Translations under genes and position numbers: made by a program
Part shown: positions 1-8,940 of the stretch, piece by piece
Position numbering within the stretch: the first letter of the stretch is position 1
Layout of the letters: each line of letters opens with the position of its first letter
Notes under the pieces: generated by a model
Told to the model about the DNA's origin: nothing
Seen by the model: the letters and a program-made list of their open reading frames with translations, nothing else
The model's database searches: none
Sequence record: MT446390.1
DNA: 64,000 nt
Origin: Escherichia phage TH12
Direction: 5' to 3' (one strand)

Positions 1-1385
1 AAGCATTGTCATTTGATAAACGTACAGTAGCAAATATCCATAAACGCGTTGCAGAAATCGATGCTAAATTGTTTGCTGAAGATTCTAAGAAATGGATTGA
101 TTGTAAATACCCACGTCATGTGTTCCGTGAAATTGATTCTCTTGGCTATACCGCTCGTAAATACATGGAAAAGGCCGGGTCTAATATTGAATCACTGAAA
201 TACTCTAAAGAACAACTAACTTATTCTGAGTTGTACAAACGTTTTAAAATGGGGCCTGAGTGGTGTAATCTTGGCGTCGTATACGATATCGTTGAATCCC
301 CTCGTCTTCGTCGTATTCGTGAAAGTGGTAGCTCATCATCAACCATTTCAATTAACAGCCTGATTGGCATTAACATTAAAAACGTTGAAATTGTTATTGA
401 CGACGTTAAGGGACGCGTTCCATTAATGCGAGCTCTTAATTCAATTGAAATGTCTAAAGACGAGGTTAAATTAACTGGTAAAGTTCCACGCGGTTTTGGT
501 AAAAGCGTACTATTCGTTGACCCTACAGACGAAGATGCAATGAAACTTCTGGAACGCCTTAAAGTTATCTTTGATGGCGACAACATTAACATGTACAAGA
601 CTTCAGAGCTTTTACAAATCGTTAAGCCGTGGATTGAAGTCAGGAAACGGACTAATGAGCCTCGTCCTAAATCGCCAAGTGCTCATCGATTCTTTAAGAA
701 TGAAAACGATGTTTGGGTATCAGAAGACCTCTTTATTCCGGCAAGTGAAGCAGATGAAATCCAAGGTTATGCTATAGTTCGTAATCGTTCTAATGCTGAA
801 TGTCTTGACGCAGATAAAGGTTGGTTGAACTATGACTCTAATTTCTTGACCCGTATTGCTGATTTGTCAGGTATTAAAGAGTTCACTGTAGTCCGTCCAC
901 AGATTGCTAAGAAAGTTCGTAAACTTGGTGAAGTAGAATGCTTGTTCGAAAAATCAATTAATGACTATATTACGCTAATTGATAAAGTGGATTATGATGA
1001 GTATGTATCACCAAGTCGTAGAGCACAGCCTTATTTGAATCATATTACTCGTAATGAAGAGCTTAACTTCCTTAGTAAGTATTTTAGCTCTAAAAACAAA
1101 GAAATCAGTAAAGATTTTGCAAAACTCTCAACAGTAAATAATCGTTGGGGATGGAATCGATTCGCAGGTGCTGATAACAGAGACCTTAACAGGAAGTTAG
1201 AATTGTGTGCTAAAATTTTCGATAAGCTTAAAGATAATGCTTACGATAATGATGATAAAATGGTTATTGAATTCAAAACCAATTATCATATTGTGTCAGA
1301 ATACATGGGACGACGTGGTACTCTTTCCAAAGAACAGGTCGCTCAAATCGTTAAATTCATGAAGGCTGTGGAAGCAGCCAAATAA
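1..1385 (+). CDS. rIIA: rIIA protein, C-terminal part; 5' end lies outside the window
   Basis: Long ORF running off the window start, directly upstream of and co-oriented with a recognisable rIIB; called by synteny, sequence itself not recalled. Confidence 0.55.
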   Translation, partial: ALSFDKRTVANIHKRVAEIDAKLFAEDSKKWIDCKYPRHVFREIDSLGYTARKYMEKAGSNIESLKYSKEQLTYSELYKRFKMGPEWCNLGVVYDIVESPRLRRIRESGSSSSTISINSLIGINIKNVEIVIDDVKGRVPLMRALNSIEMSKDEVKLTGKVPRGFGKSVLFVDPTDEDAMKLLERLKVIFDGDNINMYKTSELLQIVKPWIEVRKRTNEPRPKSPSAHRFFKNENDVWVSEDLFIPASEADEIQGYAIVRNRSNAECLDADKGWLNYDSNFLTRIADLSGIKEFTVVRPQIAKKVRKLGEVECLFEKSINDYITLIDKVDYDEYVSPSRRAQPYLNHITRNEELNFLSKYFSSKNKEISKDFAKLSTVNNRWGWNRFAGADNRDLNRKLELCAKIFDKLKDNAYDNDDKMVIEFKTNYHIVSEYMGRRGTLSKEQVAQIVKFMKAVEAAK

Positions 1386-1394
1386 GGAAACATT

Positions 1395-2342
1395 ATGTAC
1401 AATATCAAATGCTTGTCCCAAGAAGAACAGTTAGAAGCTTACGGCCTGGTTGAATCAGGCAAATGGACTCGTAAAGAAATTGCCGATTACTTCGACATTT
1501 CAACAGATACTCTTCGTAAGATTGTTAAGAATTTTAAAGCAGAAGGCGTTGTCCCTGAAGCAAACGATGCCTCTTATGTAATCGAAGAAGTTCCAGAAAA
1601 TGATGAACCTATTATCGGCGGACATCGTCCTGAAATCGTATGGAACGCGTCATCTAAATTTATTTCAATCATTGAAGGACGCGTAGCATACAATGCGACC
1701 CCATCAAGTCATGCAAATTTTGAAGAAATTAAAGCTAATCTGGTCGCAGGAAACCTTAGTAAAGCTGTCGAACTTATTAACATCAAGAAAGCTATTAGTA
1801 AGTTTGTTGACGGTAATGTTGTTATTGAAGGTGGTAGTTTATTTTATCAAGGTATAGAAATTCGTTCAGGACTGGTTAATCGTATTATTGATTCCATGGA
1901 AAAAGGCGAAGACTTTAAATTCTATCTGCCGTTCCTTGAAAACCTGTTAGAAAACCCAAGCGAAAAAGCTGTACAACGTTTATTCGACTTCTTGGTTGCA
2001 AATGATATTGAAATCACTGAAGATGGGCATTTCTACGCGTGGAAAGTAGTTCGTAAAGATTATTTAGATTGCTATAGCGGTACATTTGATAACTCACCAG
2101 GTAAAGTTGTTTCAATGCCTCGTACTCGAGTTAACGACGATGATACTCAAACCTGTTCTCGCGGTCTCCACGTTTGTGCTAAATCTTATATTCGCCACTT
2201 TGGTTCAAGCTCAGATAAAGTTGTTAAGGTTAAAGTTCATCCACGTGATGTTGTATCCATCCCAGTTGACTATGGTGATGCTAAGATGCGTACTTGTCGT
2301 TATGAAGTAATTTCAGACGTTACTGAATTATTTGCAGAATAA
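1395..2342 (+). CDS. rIIB: rIIB protein
   Basis: 315 aa ORF starting MYNIKCL with C-terminal region matching recalled T4 rIIB (312 aa); RBS AGGAAAC upstream. Confidence 0.85.
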   Translation: MYNIKCLSQEEQLEAYGLVESGKWTRKEIADYFDISTDTLRKIVKNFKAEGVVPEANDASYVIEEVPENDEPIIGGHRPEIVWNASSKFISIIEGRVAYNATPSSHANFEEIKANLVAGNLSKAVELINIKKAISKFVDGNVVIEGGSLFYQGIEIRSGLVNRIIDSMEKGEDFKFYLPFLENLLENPSEKAVQRLFDFLVANDIEITEDGHFYAWKVVRKDYLDCYSGTFDNSPGKVVSMPRTRVNDDDTQTCSRGLHVCAKSYIRHFGSSSDKVVKVKVHPRDVVSIPVDYGDAKMRTCRYEVISDVTELFAE

Positions 2343-2347
2343 TAATT

Positions 2348-2368
2348 GGGGACTTCGGTCCCCTTTTT
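2348..2368 (+). terminator. rho-independent terminator (GGGGAC-TTCG-GTCCCC + T5)
   Basis: 6-bp GC stem with TTCG tetraloop followed by TTTTT, immediately after rIIB stop. Confidence 0.6.
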
Positions 2369-2382
2369 CTTTAGGGGTAATT

Positions 2383-2670
2383 ATGATTCATCCATTTGAC
2401 GTATCAGAATCCAAAATTGCTAATCTTCGTGGTCATCATAAGTGTAAATCAGTTTATTGTGCTAAATTGGTAAAACATCCTGGTGATGCACACTACGGCT
2501 GGTTAGAATGCGACGAAGTTGTTATTGAAATCCCACCGGTAGATGCTAACTATCTTGAAGAAGGAGACCGCATTTATTTTGGCGAACTACACATCAGAGG
2601 TATCTATGGTAAAGACGAACTTGGGACTGTTGAGACTGAAGAATCTTCCGACATTTATCCTGTCGAATGA
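2383..2670 (+). CDS. hypothetical protein (rIIB-proximal small ORF)
   Basis: ATG at 2383 with AGGGG RBS-like purine run; 95 codons; position of T4 rIIB.1-type ORF. Confidence 0.45.
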   Translation: MIHPFDVSESKIANLRGHHKCKSVYCAKLVKHPGDAHYGWLECDEVVIEIPPVDANYLEEGDRIYFGELHIRGIYGKDELGTVETEESSDIYPVE

Positions 2671-2686
2671 GTTTTTGACTAGTGAA

Positions 2687-3163
2687 ATGAAAGTGAAGAT
2701 TGCTGACACTGCTCGGTATTCACTAAGCCAAAATCCAGACCAAAACAAAGAAGATGTAGTTCGACGTTGTAAGGTTGCAGTCTTTGCAGAGTATGTAGTA
2801 GCAAATTGGCTAGACGGATATGTTAATAAAGGTATTGAAGATGTAGAAGACCCGTACACGTATGCATGGGACGTGTTAGCCCATCCCAAATATTGTGGAA
2901 TTCGTGTAGAAGTCAAGACACATCAGATGGATTCTAAATGGATTTCTGTTACCACAGGATACAGTGGTGATTATCCGGGTGGCAACGGAATCAACATAGG
3001 GCCCTTCCTTAATCATCGAGTCGCTGACTGTATTATTATATTGAATGTCAAAGAAACCTCACCTGACGTCTTCTCTTATTCTATAAAGTTCGTTGGAGAC
3101 CATGAAGACCTAAAGAAAATCGTCCGCAAGAGCAACTACAACGGGTGGTATCTTCATCTTTAA
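2687..3163 (+). CDS. hypothetical protein at the position occupied by denB (endonuclease IV) in T4
   Basis: ATG at 2687 (MKVKIADTARY...) in frame with ORF-track 2543..3163; identity to DenB not verified. Confidence 0.5.
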   Translation: MKVKIADTARYSLSQNPDQNKEDVVRRCKVAVFAEYVVANWLDGYVNKGIEDVEDPYTYAWDVLAHPKYCGIRVEVKTHQMDSKWISVTTGYSGDYPGGNGINIGPFLNHRVADCIIILNVKETSPDVFSYSIKFVGDHEDLKKIVRKSNYNGWYLHL

Positions 3164-3175
3164 TTTCATAAAAGT

Positions 3176-3212
3176 GTTTACAACTAAGTAGGACTATGAT
3201 ATAGTAGTCCTA
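3176..3212 (+). promoter_or_regulatory. early-type promoter (GTTTAC -35, TATGATATAGT -10 region) embedded in inverted repeat TAGGACTA/TAGTCCTA
   Basis: GTTTAC at 3176-3181, AT-rich -10-like element in loop of 8-bp inverted repeat 3189-3212; ~20 nt upstream of RBS/ATG 3232. Confidence 0.4.
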
Positions 3213-3231
3213 TCTAAAAGAGGATAACATC

Positions 3232-3495
3232 ATGAAATTTAAATTTTTCTACGCAAAACATAAAGTGACTGGTGAGTTTGTTTCAATGTACAACACTGCA
3301 GATGACGAAGGGATGATTTATACTCATTTAGGTCTATCTCATTGGGACTCGGACGTGCCTTATATGTCATCTGAAGCCGAAATAACTCGTCTGGTTAACG
3401 GGCATATGAACGACCATTTTAATGTTATTCTTTCTAAAGACCTTAAAGAGGTTATCAACAAAGGATATATGGAACTCGCGGAAGTTGAGATATGA
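3232..3495 (+). CDS. hypothetical protein (87 aa)
   Basis: ORF with RBS AAGAGGA upstream, preceded by promoter cassette. Confidence 0.6.
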   Translation: MKFKFFYAKHKVTGEFVSMYNTADDEGMIYTHLGLSHWDSDVPYMSSEAEITRLVNGHMNDHFNVILSKDLKEVINKGYMELAEVEI

Positions 3496-3683
3496 GCTCT
3501 AAAATGTGGATAGGAATATGGTTGCTTAGTATCCCAATGATTTGTATAATATTTTCAATTGTGTTGAGGTACTTATGAAAAATGCACTTCTTATTGTACT
3601 AAAAACAATTTGTGATACTGGTTTTTACATTGCATGTTCGTTCACTGGAACATGGCTGGCTTTAACATATTTTAATGTAATTT

Positions 3684-3725
3684 AATTGTTTACATCACGG
3701 TAGGATTATGGTATAGTAGTCCTAC
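3684..3725 (+). promoter_or_regulatory. early-type promoter with imperfect inverted repeat GTAGGATTA/TAGTCCTAC
   Basis: GTTTAC followed ~17 nt later by TATGGTATAGT; near-copy of cassette at 3176-3212. Confidence 0.4.
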
Positions 3726-3745
3726 TGAAACATGAGGAACACAAA

Positions 3746-3946
3746 ATGGCTAAGCTTTTTAAAGATGTTGAAATTGGTGAAAAATTTGTTCTGAATAATG
3801 GACAGCAGCTTATTCGTGTAGCTTCTATAGCCGGACAAACTCATAACTGTATCGCCCCAACGTGTTGGACTCGATTCTTTATTGAAGATGACACTGAATG
3901 TTTAACTGTTGAAGAGCTTTTTGAACGTTCTGATATGACCGAATAA
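3746..3946 (+). CDS. hypothetical protein (66 aa)
   Basis: ORF with RBS GAGGAA upstream, preceded by promoter cassette. Confidence 0.6.
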   Translation: MAKLFKDVEIGEKFVLNNGQQLIRVASIAGQTHNCIAPTCWTRFFIEDDTECLTVEELFERSDMTE

Positions 3947-3948
3947 AA

Positions 3949-3984
3949 TTGTACAAACTCTTGAGAGCAGAGTATAATGCTCTC
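3949..3984 (+). promoter_or_regulatory. promoter with TATAAT inside inverted repeat GAGAGCA/TGCTCTC
   Basis: GTACAAAC -35-like, TATAAT at 3973-3978 in loop of 7-bp inverted repeat; upstream of ndd. Confidence 0.4.
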
Positions 3985-4022
3985 ATGGATTACAAAAACA
4001 TTAATCAATTGAGGAAATTAGC

Positions 4023-4469
4023 ATGTCCAAATATTTAACTCGTAAAGACCTTCTGGCAGTTGGCGGTGAAGTTGTTGCAGTAGTTCGTAATGGCGAATAC
4101 GGTTCTGAAGTTTCTAAAGAGTTTCGTTCTCGTGAAGGTTTTTACTTCTTTGTTAAAGGTTCATCTGACTGGCGACAAGTAGCAGCACGATTCTTTGTAG
4201 GACGTCAACGTTCTAAACAAGGGTTGGATGCAATTCTTTCTCACATTCGTCAAGGCCGTTCGCAACTAGCCCGTACCATGGGCACTAATAATATTGAATA
4301 TGACGTAATCTTTGTTTCAGCCAAGAACATGAAACCCCTGACTACTGGTTATGGTAAAGGTCAATTGGCTCTAGCATTCACTCGCAACCATACATCAGAA
4401 TATCAAACACTCACTGAAATGAACCGTCTTCTGGCCGATAATTTCAAATTTATTCTGCAGAGTTACTAA
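4023..4469 (+). CDS. ndd: nucleoid disruption protein Ndd
   Basis: 148 aa; motifs [58 protein letters not shown] match recalled T4 Ndd (151 aa). Confidence 0.85.
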   Translation: MSKYLTRKDLLAVGGEVVAVVRNGEYGSEVSKEFRSREGFYFFVKGSSDWRQVAARFFVGRQRSKQGLDAILSHIRQGRSQLARTMGTNNIEYDVIFVSAKNMKPLTTGYGKGQLALAFTRNHTSEYQTLTEMNRLLADNFKFILQSY

Positions 4470-4476
4470 TTTATAC

Positions 4477-4503
4477 AGGCCTATTAAGTTAGGCCTTTAA
4501 TTT
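4477..4503 (+). terminator. stem-loop terminator (AGGCCTA-TTAAGT-TAGGCCT) after ndd
   Basis: 7-bp inverted repeat followed by T-rich tract. Confidence 0.5.
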
Positions 4504-4521
4504 ATTTGTGAGGTAATTAAA

Positions 4522-4668
4522 ATGGTATCATGGATTATTGCATTGTTGTGTTGGTCGTTTTTATTCGTTAACACTTTAGTTACAGGCGAAACAACGGTAT
4601 TTCAACAGGCCGTATCACAAGGTACCTTAGCGGTCTTAGCTCTTCTTAACGTGTTAAAAGGCGAGTAA
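4522..4668 (+). CDS. small hydrophobic membrane peptide (48 aa); not in ORF track
   Basis: ATG with GAGG RBS; translation MVSWIIALLCWSFLFVNTLVTGETTVFQQ... is predicted single TM; region where T4 carries ac/stp-type small genes. Confidence 0.45.
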   Translation: MVSWIIALLCWSFLFVNTLVTGETTVFQQAVSQGTLAVLALLNVLKGE

Positions 4669-4808
4669 TGATTAAGAAAATCTTAGCAGGAGCCTTCGGG
4701 CTCTTGTTGTTGTTTACGATTCTGTACTACGGTGTGATGTTTGGACTAATCCAAGTAGTGCTTTTCATTTCAGATGTTATAATGGTTATTCGTTCATTAA
4801 TATGGTGA
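4668..4808 (+). CDS. small hydrophobic membrane peptide (46 aa); not in ORF track
   Basis: ATG overlaps previous stop (TAATG); translation MIKKILAGAFGLLLLFTILYYGVMFGLIQVVLF... hydrophobic. Confidence 0.4.
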   Translation: MIKKILAGAFGLLLLFTILYYGVMFGLIQVVLFISDVIMVIRSLIW

Positions 4809-4812
4809 AAAT

Positions 4813-6138
4813 ATGCAATTGAATTCTCGTAATCTAAAAAGTATTATTGATAACGAAGCCTTAGCATATGCTATGTACACCGTTGAAAACCGTGCAATCC
4901 CAAACATGATTGATGGATTTAAGCCGGTTCAACGTTTTGTGGTTCATCGTGCATTAGATTTGGCTCGTGGTAATAAAGAAAAATTTCATAAACTTGCGTC
5001 AATTGCAGGCGGTGTTGCAGATTTAGGTTATCACCATGGTGAATCTTCTGCACAAGATGCAGGTGCATTGATGGCTAACACATGGAATAACAACTATCCA
5101 CTATTAGATGGTCAAGGCAACTTTGGTTCTCGAACAGTCCAAAAAGCTGCAGCATCTCGTTATATTTTTGCTCGTGTAAGCAAAAATTTCTATAATGTCT
5201 ATAAAGATACCGAATATGCTCCAGCTCATGAAGATAAAGAACACGTTCCACCAAAATTCTATCTTCCTATTATTCCGACAGTTCTTTTGAACGGTGTCTC
5301 TGGTATTGCAACCGGTTACGCAACAAATATTCTGCCTCATAGTTTTAAATCGGTCAAAAAGGCTGTATTACAAGCTCTTCAAGGTAAAAATGTCACTAAA
5401 CCAAAAGTTGAATTCCCGGAATTCCGCGGTGAAGTGCATGAAGTTGATGGGCGTTATGAGATTCACGGAACATATAAGTTCACATCTCGCACTCAAATGC
5501 AGATAACTGAAATCCCATATAAATTCGACCGTGAAACGTATGTGAGTAAGGTTCTTGACCCGTTGGAAGACAAAGGTCTAATCTCATGGGAAGATGATTG
5601 TGGTGAACACGGTTTTGGGTTTAAGGTGAAGTTCCGTAAAGAGTACTCGCTTCCTGATGATGAAGAGCTACGTCATGAAAAAATCATGAAAGATTTTAGT
5701 CTCATCGAACGTCGTTCACAAAACATCACAGTGATTAATGAAAAGGGTAAATTAACGGTCTACGATAACGTAGTGGACTTAATCAAAGATTTTGTTGAAG
5801 TCCGTAAGACTTACGTTCAGAAACGTATTGATAACAAAATCATTGAATCTGAAAAAGCATTTAAACTGGCTTTTGCTAAGGCACACTTCATCAAAAAAGT
5901 TATCAGTGGCGAAATTGTGATTCAAGGCAAGACTCGTAAAGCTTTGACTGAAGAGCTAGCACAAATCGAAATGTATAAAGAACATATCGATAAATTGGTA
6001 GGTCTTAACATCTTCCATATCACTTCTGACGAAGCACGTAAACTAGCAGAAGAAGCTAAAGCTAAGAAAGAAGAAAATGAGTATTGGAAGTCTACTGATG
6101 TTGTGACAGAGTACACTAAAGACTTGGAGGCACTTTGA
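4813..6138 (+). CDS. 52: DNA topoisomerase II medium subunit (gp52)
   Basis: 441 aa; N-terminus MQLNSRNLKSIIDNEALAYAMYTVENRAIPNMIDGFKPVQRF is GyrA/ParC-like and matches recalled T4 gp52 (442 aa). Confidence 0.9.
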   Translation: MQLNSRNLKSIIDNEALAYAMYTVENRAIPNMIDGFKPVQRFVVHRALDLARGNKEKFHKLASIAGGVADLGYHHGESSAQDAGALMANTWNNNYPLLDGQGNFGSRTVQKAAASRYIFARVSKNFYNVYKDTEYAPAHEDKEHVPPKFYLPIIPTVLLNGVSGIATGYATNILPHSFKSVKKAVLQALQGKNVTKPKVEFPEFRGEVHEVDGRYEIHGTYKFTSRTQMQITEIPYKFDRETYVSKVLDPLEDKGLISWEDDCGEHGFGFKVKFRKEYSLPDDEELRHEKIMKDFSLIERRSQNITVINEKGKLTVYDNVVDLIKDFVEVRKTYVQKRIDNKIIESEKAFKLAFAKAHFIKKVISGEIVIQGKTRKALTEELAQIEMYKEHIDKLVGLNIFHITSDEARKLAEEAKAKKEENEYWKSTDVVTEYTKDLEAL

Positions 6139-6214
6139 GTGCCCTAGCCTTAGGATTTCTCGGTGCAATAGCTGCACTAGTGATTTGGCTGTATTGGTTG
6201 GACAAACATGATTA

Positions 6215-6234
6215 GGGAGCTTCGGCTCCCTTTT
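6215..6234 (+). terminator. rho-independent terminator (GGGAGC-TTCG-GCTCCC + T4)
   Basis: GC hairpin with TTCG loop and T tract downstream of gene 52. Confidence 0.6.
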
Positions 6235-6257
6235 GTGCATTTTTTTCTCACAAAACA

Positions 6258-6298
6258 GTTTACATGTGCTTCAAACATGATATTATAGACCTATCAAA
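6258..6298 (+). promoter_or_regulatory. early/middle promoter cassette (GTTTAC ... TGCTTCA MotA-box-like ... TATTATAGACCTATCAA)
   Basis: Near-identical copy at 6579-6619; contains TGCTTCA resembling MotA box plus -10-like TATTAT. Confidence 0.45.
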
Positions 6299-6325
6299 AC
6301 AAAACAACCAAATTGGAGAAATAAA

Positions 6326-6541
6326 ATGTCTAAAATGAAATTAACCCAAAACACAACTACTCGTTTCGGTAAAGTTAAACCTGGTATGAATGCTCTCCGT
6401 AAAGCACTTGTTGAAGAATTAAATTTCTTAGAAGTTGAAATCAATTCTTTAGTGGTTCGCGGTTCAAATGGACATCATTTAGAAAAGCTTCGTTCTAAAA
6501 AGGCAAAACTTATTAGCCTTATTAAAGAAATGAGTTTGTAA
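6326..6541 (+). CDS. hypothetical protein (71 aa)
   Basis: ORF with RBS GGAGAA; leader and first codons (MSK) duplicated from the motA leader. Confidence 0.55.
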   Translation: MSKMKLTQNTTTRFGKVKPGMNALRKALVEELNFLEVEINSLVVRGSNGHHLEKLRSKKAKLISLIKEMSL

Positions 6542-6578
6542 ATTTTACCAGGGCTTTTGAAAAAGAGCCCAAAATAAA

Positions 6579-6619
6579 GTTTACTTTTGCTTCAAACATG
6601 ATATTATAGACCTATCAAA
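6579..6619 (+). promoter_or_regulatory. early/middle promoter cassette for motA (duplicate of 6258-6298)
   Basis: Shares the 31-bp string GCTTCAAACATGATATTATAGACCTATCAAA with the upstream copy. Confidence 0.45.
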
Positions 6620-6643
6620 CAAATACTAATTTGGAGAAATAAA

Positions 6644-7276
6644 ATGTCTAAAGTTACTTACATCATCAAAGCTTCTGAAAACGCTCTGAATGAAAAAACT
6701 GCTGCAATAATGGTTTATATCATTAAGAACAACTTCACCACTGCTGCCAATGTCCGTGAAGCTCTGAAAGCGGAATACAACGCATCAGTTGTTAACTCTA
6801 ACATTGGTGTATTGATTAAGAAAGGTTTAGTCGAAAAATCCGGTGATGGACTTGTAGCAACAGGCGAAGCAATGGATATTATCCAAAAAGCTGCAGACCT
6901 CTTTGCCCAAGAAAATGCTCCAGAACTTCTTCAGAAACGTAACACTAGAAAAGCACGTGGAGTTACTCCTGAAATGCATGAATTAGCAAACTTTGTTTTT
7001 GAAAATATTAAAGATAAAGTTGAAGTTAAAGAAATTGGTGAAAACCGTAGTAACTTAGAAGTTCGATTCGCTAAACGAGTTCTAGGTATTCGTCAGATCG
7101 AAATTCGTCGAGATGGCGCTCTTAGAATCTTTGCATACAACATGTCAGAAACTGAATCAAAGCTGTTTACTTCTCTTGAAAATGATGTTAAGATTAAGAT
7201 CGGTGGTAAATATACCTACATTGACTTCCCTAATGTGTCCAAAGAAATCATTACCCTTGTAACTAACGTACTGTGA
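6644..7276 (+). CDS. motA: middle-transcription activator MotA
   Basis: 210 aa; MSKVTYIIKAS..., NSNIGVLIKKGLVEKSGDGL matches recalled T4 MotA (211 aa). Confidence 0.9.
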   Translation: MSKVTYIIKASENALNEKTAAIMVYIIKNNFTTAANVREALKAEYNASVVNSNIGVLIKKGLVEKSGDGLVATGEAMDIIQKAADLFAQENAPELLQKRNTRKARGVTPEMHELANFVFENIKDKVEVKEIGENRSNLEVRFAKRVLGIRQIEIRRDGALRIFAYNMSETESKLFTSLENDVKIKIGGKYTYIDFPNVSKEIITLVTNVL

Positions 7277-7286
7277 GGAATACATA

Positions 7287-7616
7287 ATGAATAAGCTTAA
7301 TATTATTAACGAACTTCGTAAATGTGCAGAACCTACTCAGGAAGGATGGGATATTTGGTACCACGGGGCTTATTTAGGGACAATTGTAAAGATTAAAGCA
7401 GGCCAATATACGGTTATTCGTGAAAATAATGATGCGCCATTTGGCCTTCGTAAAAACTACATGGCAGCGATCAGTTCATTTGTTGATGCAGCTTACGAAA
7501 TCTATAAAGAAGATTATAAAGAATACCACCAATCACAACCTGTTATTCGTTCGATTGGTGTAAATAAACAAGCACAAAAATCTATTTGGCAACGTATTAA
7601 GGAATGGTTTAAATGA
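7287..7616 (+). CDS. hypothetical protein (109 aa)
   Basis: ORF with RBS; stop overlaps next start (ATGA). Confidence 0.6.
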   Translation: MNKLNIINELRKCAEPTQEGWDIWYHGAYLGTIVKIKAGQYTVIRENNDAPFGLRKNYMAAISSFVDAAYEIYKEDYKEYHQSQPVIRSIGVNKQAQKSIWQRIKEWFK

Positions 7617-8074
7617 AATCATTTAAAGAACGTTTAGAGCTATTAGATTTGGCCTTGTCTCGTGAGACTCCTGAAAGTCTAGCAGAAAAATTCCAGTCCT
7701 ATGGTTATAATTATTCTGCTGATGATATAATGAATGAAGTTCCTGAAATCTGTTGGCAAACGTGCTATTGGAATAATGACCAAAAAGTTCAACGTGTTAT
7801 AGTATGTGCAGCTAATAGGTTTAAATTGAAGAGCGGTGGAACTCTGATTATTCCTGGAGTTCGTCATTACTCTAAAGATATGGCTGAAGTACTTGATATA
7901 GTTGGTCCTCAATTAGTCTCTCAACAAGTTTGTGGTGACGACCAAGGCTTTATCGACCAATACTCTAATTACTGGACACGTGAAGAAGCAATGGTTATTG
8001 CAACTTATGCTGGACAGGTACGTATTGAACGTGGCGGAAGTGAGAAAGAACTTTATTCAGAGGACCTTTATTAA
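7613..8074 (+). CDS. hypothetical protein (153 aa)
   Basis: ORF translationally coupled to neighbours. Confidence 0.6.
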   Translation: MKSFKERLELLDLALSRETPESLAEKFQSYGYNYSADDIMNEVPEICWQTCYWNNDQKVQRVIVCAANRFKLKSGGTLIIPGVRHYSKDMAEVLDIVGPQLVSQQVCGDDQGFIDQYSNYWTREEAMVIATYAGQVRIERGGSEKELYSEDLY

Positions 8075-8355
8075 TGAATATTAAACAACTCCAGAAAGAT
8101 GCTATTGAATCACGTATCCAAGATATCAAACGTCTTAATCATATGATGGAAGAAAACTATGGTATGTATGCTAATCAGCCTGGTTGGGATGCTTTAGACC
8201 ATCCTTATTTGGTTAATTTATGTAAAGGTGATACGTTAGCAATTATTCGTGATGGGTTAAAACCTTTCTTGCGTGACATGTATATTAAAATGAACGAAGA
8301 AATTATTAGCTCGTTGCAATATCAATTAAGGAAATTAGATGATGAGAATAATTGA
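8074..8355 (+). CDS. hypothetical protein (93 aa); size and position compatible with Arn (anti-restriction nuclease) but not verified
   Basis: ORF between motA and asiA; T4 Arn is 92 aa in this interval. Confidence 0.5.
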   Translation: MNIKQLQKDAIESRIQDIKRLNHMMEENYGMYANQPGWDALDHPYLVNLCKGDTLAIIRDGLKPFLRDMYIKMNEEIISSLQYQLRKLDDENN

Positions 8356-8566
8356 TTCTAAAGCAGATTATTTTAATTCTGTTAATGATAAGAATAAAGC
8401 TTTAATTCGCCACTTTATTACTGAGATGGGTTATACTGACTCTAAAGATTTGAAAGAGCACATTATCGAATGTTCTGTGGCTAAAAAGTTTTCTTTCACA
8501 GACAAATGTTTAAACGAGGTTATAAATCATTATGAACAATCTTGTAGCAAAACACGATTTCAATAA
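8339..8566 (+). CDS. hypothetical protein (75 aa)
   Basis: ORF, start overlaps previous gene. Confidence 0.45.
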   Translation: MMRIIDSKADYFNSVNDKNKALIRHFITEMGYTDSKDLKEHIIECSVAKKFSFTDKCLNEVINHYEQSCSKTRFQ

Positions 8567-8640
8567 GGCTTCTGTCCATAAGGACAAGAAGAAATCAGAA
8601 CTTCAATCTAAACGCAAACAAAAACATAAGGGTAAAGACT

Positions 8641-8940
8641 ATGTTTACTAAAATCAAAGAAAATCCTGCCACTGAACTTGTTATTCGATGTGAAGAACTT
8701 GCAGAGCTTTATCAGGTTAACCGAGAAGTGTGTCGTAGTGTTATCGTAGATATGGCAGACGAAGTATGTTCTCGTATTCCTTTTAGTGTCGATTTCAATC
8801 ATATGAAGCCTGGTGAAATCACTATCGTCTTTGGTTCTGACTATACTGAAGAACGGGCTCTTAATGTCCTAGAATATGAAATGTCATTCTTCGACATACA
8901 GGACTACATTGATAGTTATAAGGAACAATATGAGTCATAA
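8641..8940 (+). CDS. hypothetical acidic protein (99 aa)
   Basis: ORF with RBS AAGGGTAAAG. Confidence 0.55.
   Translation: MFTKIKENPATELVIRCEELAELYQVNREVCRSVIVDMADEVCSRIPFSVDFNHMKPGEITIVFGSDYTEERALNVLEYEMSFFDIQDYIDSYKEQYES

Noticed and set aside
6256-6652. Possibility that the repeated GTTTAC...TATAGACCTATCAA cassettes across the window are CRISPR repeats or terminal repeats of a transposon
   Set aside because: Spacing is irregular (hundreds to thousands of bp), each copy sits immediately 5' of a gene start with an RBS, and the sequences match promoter architecture; no transposase or cas genes are present.
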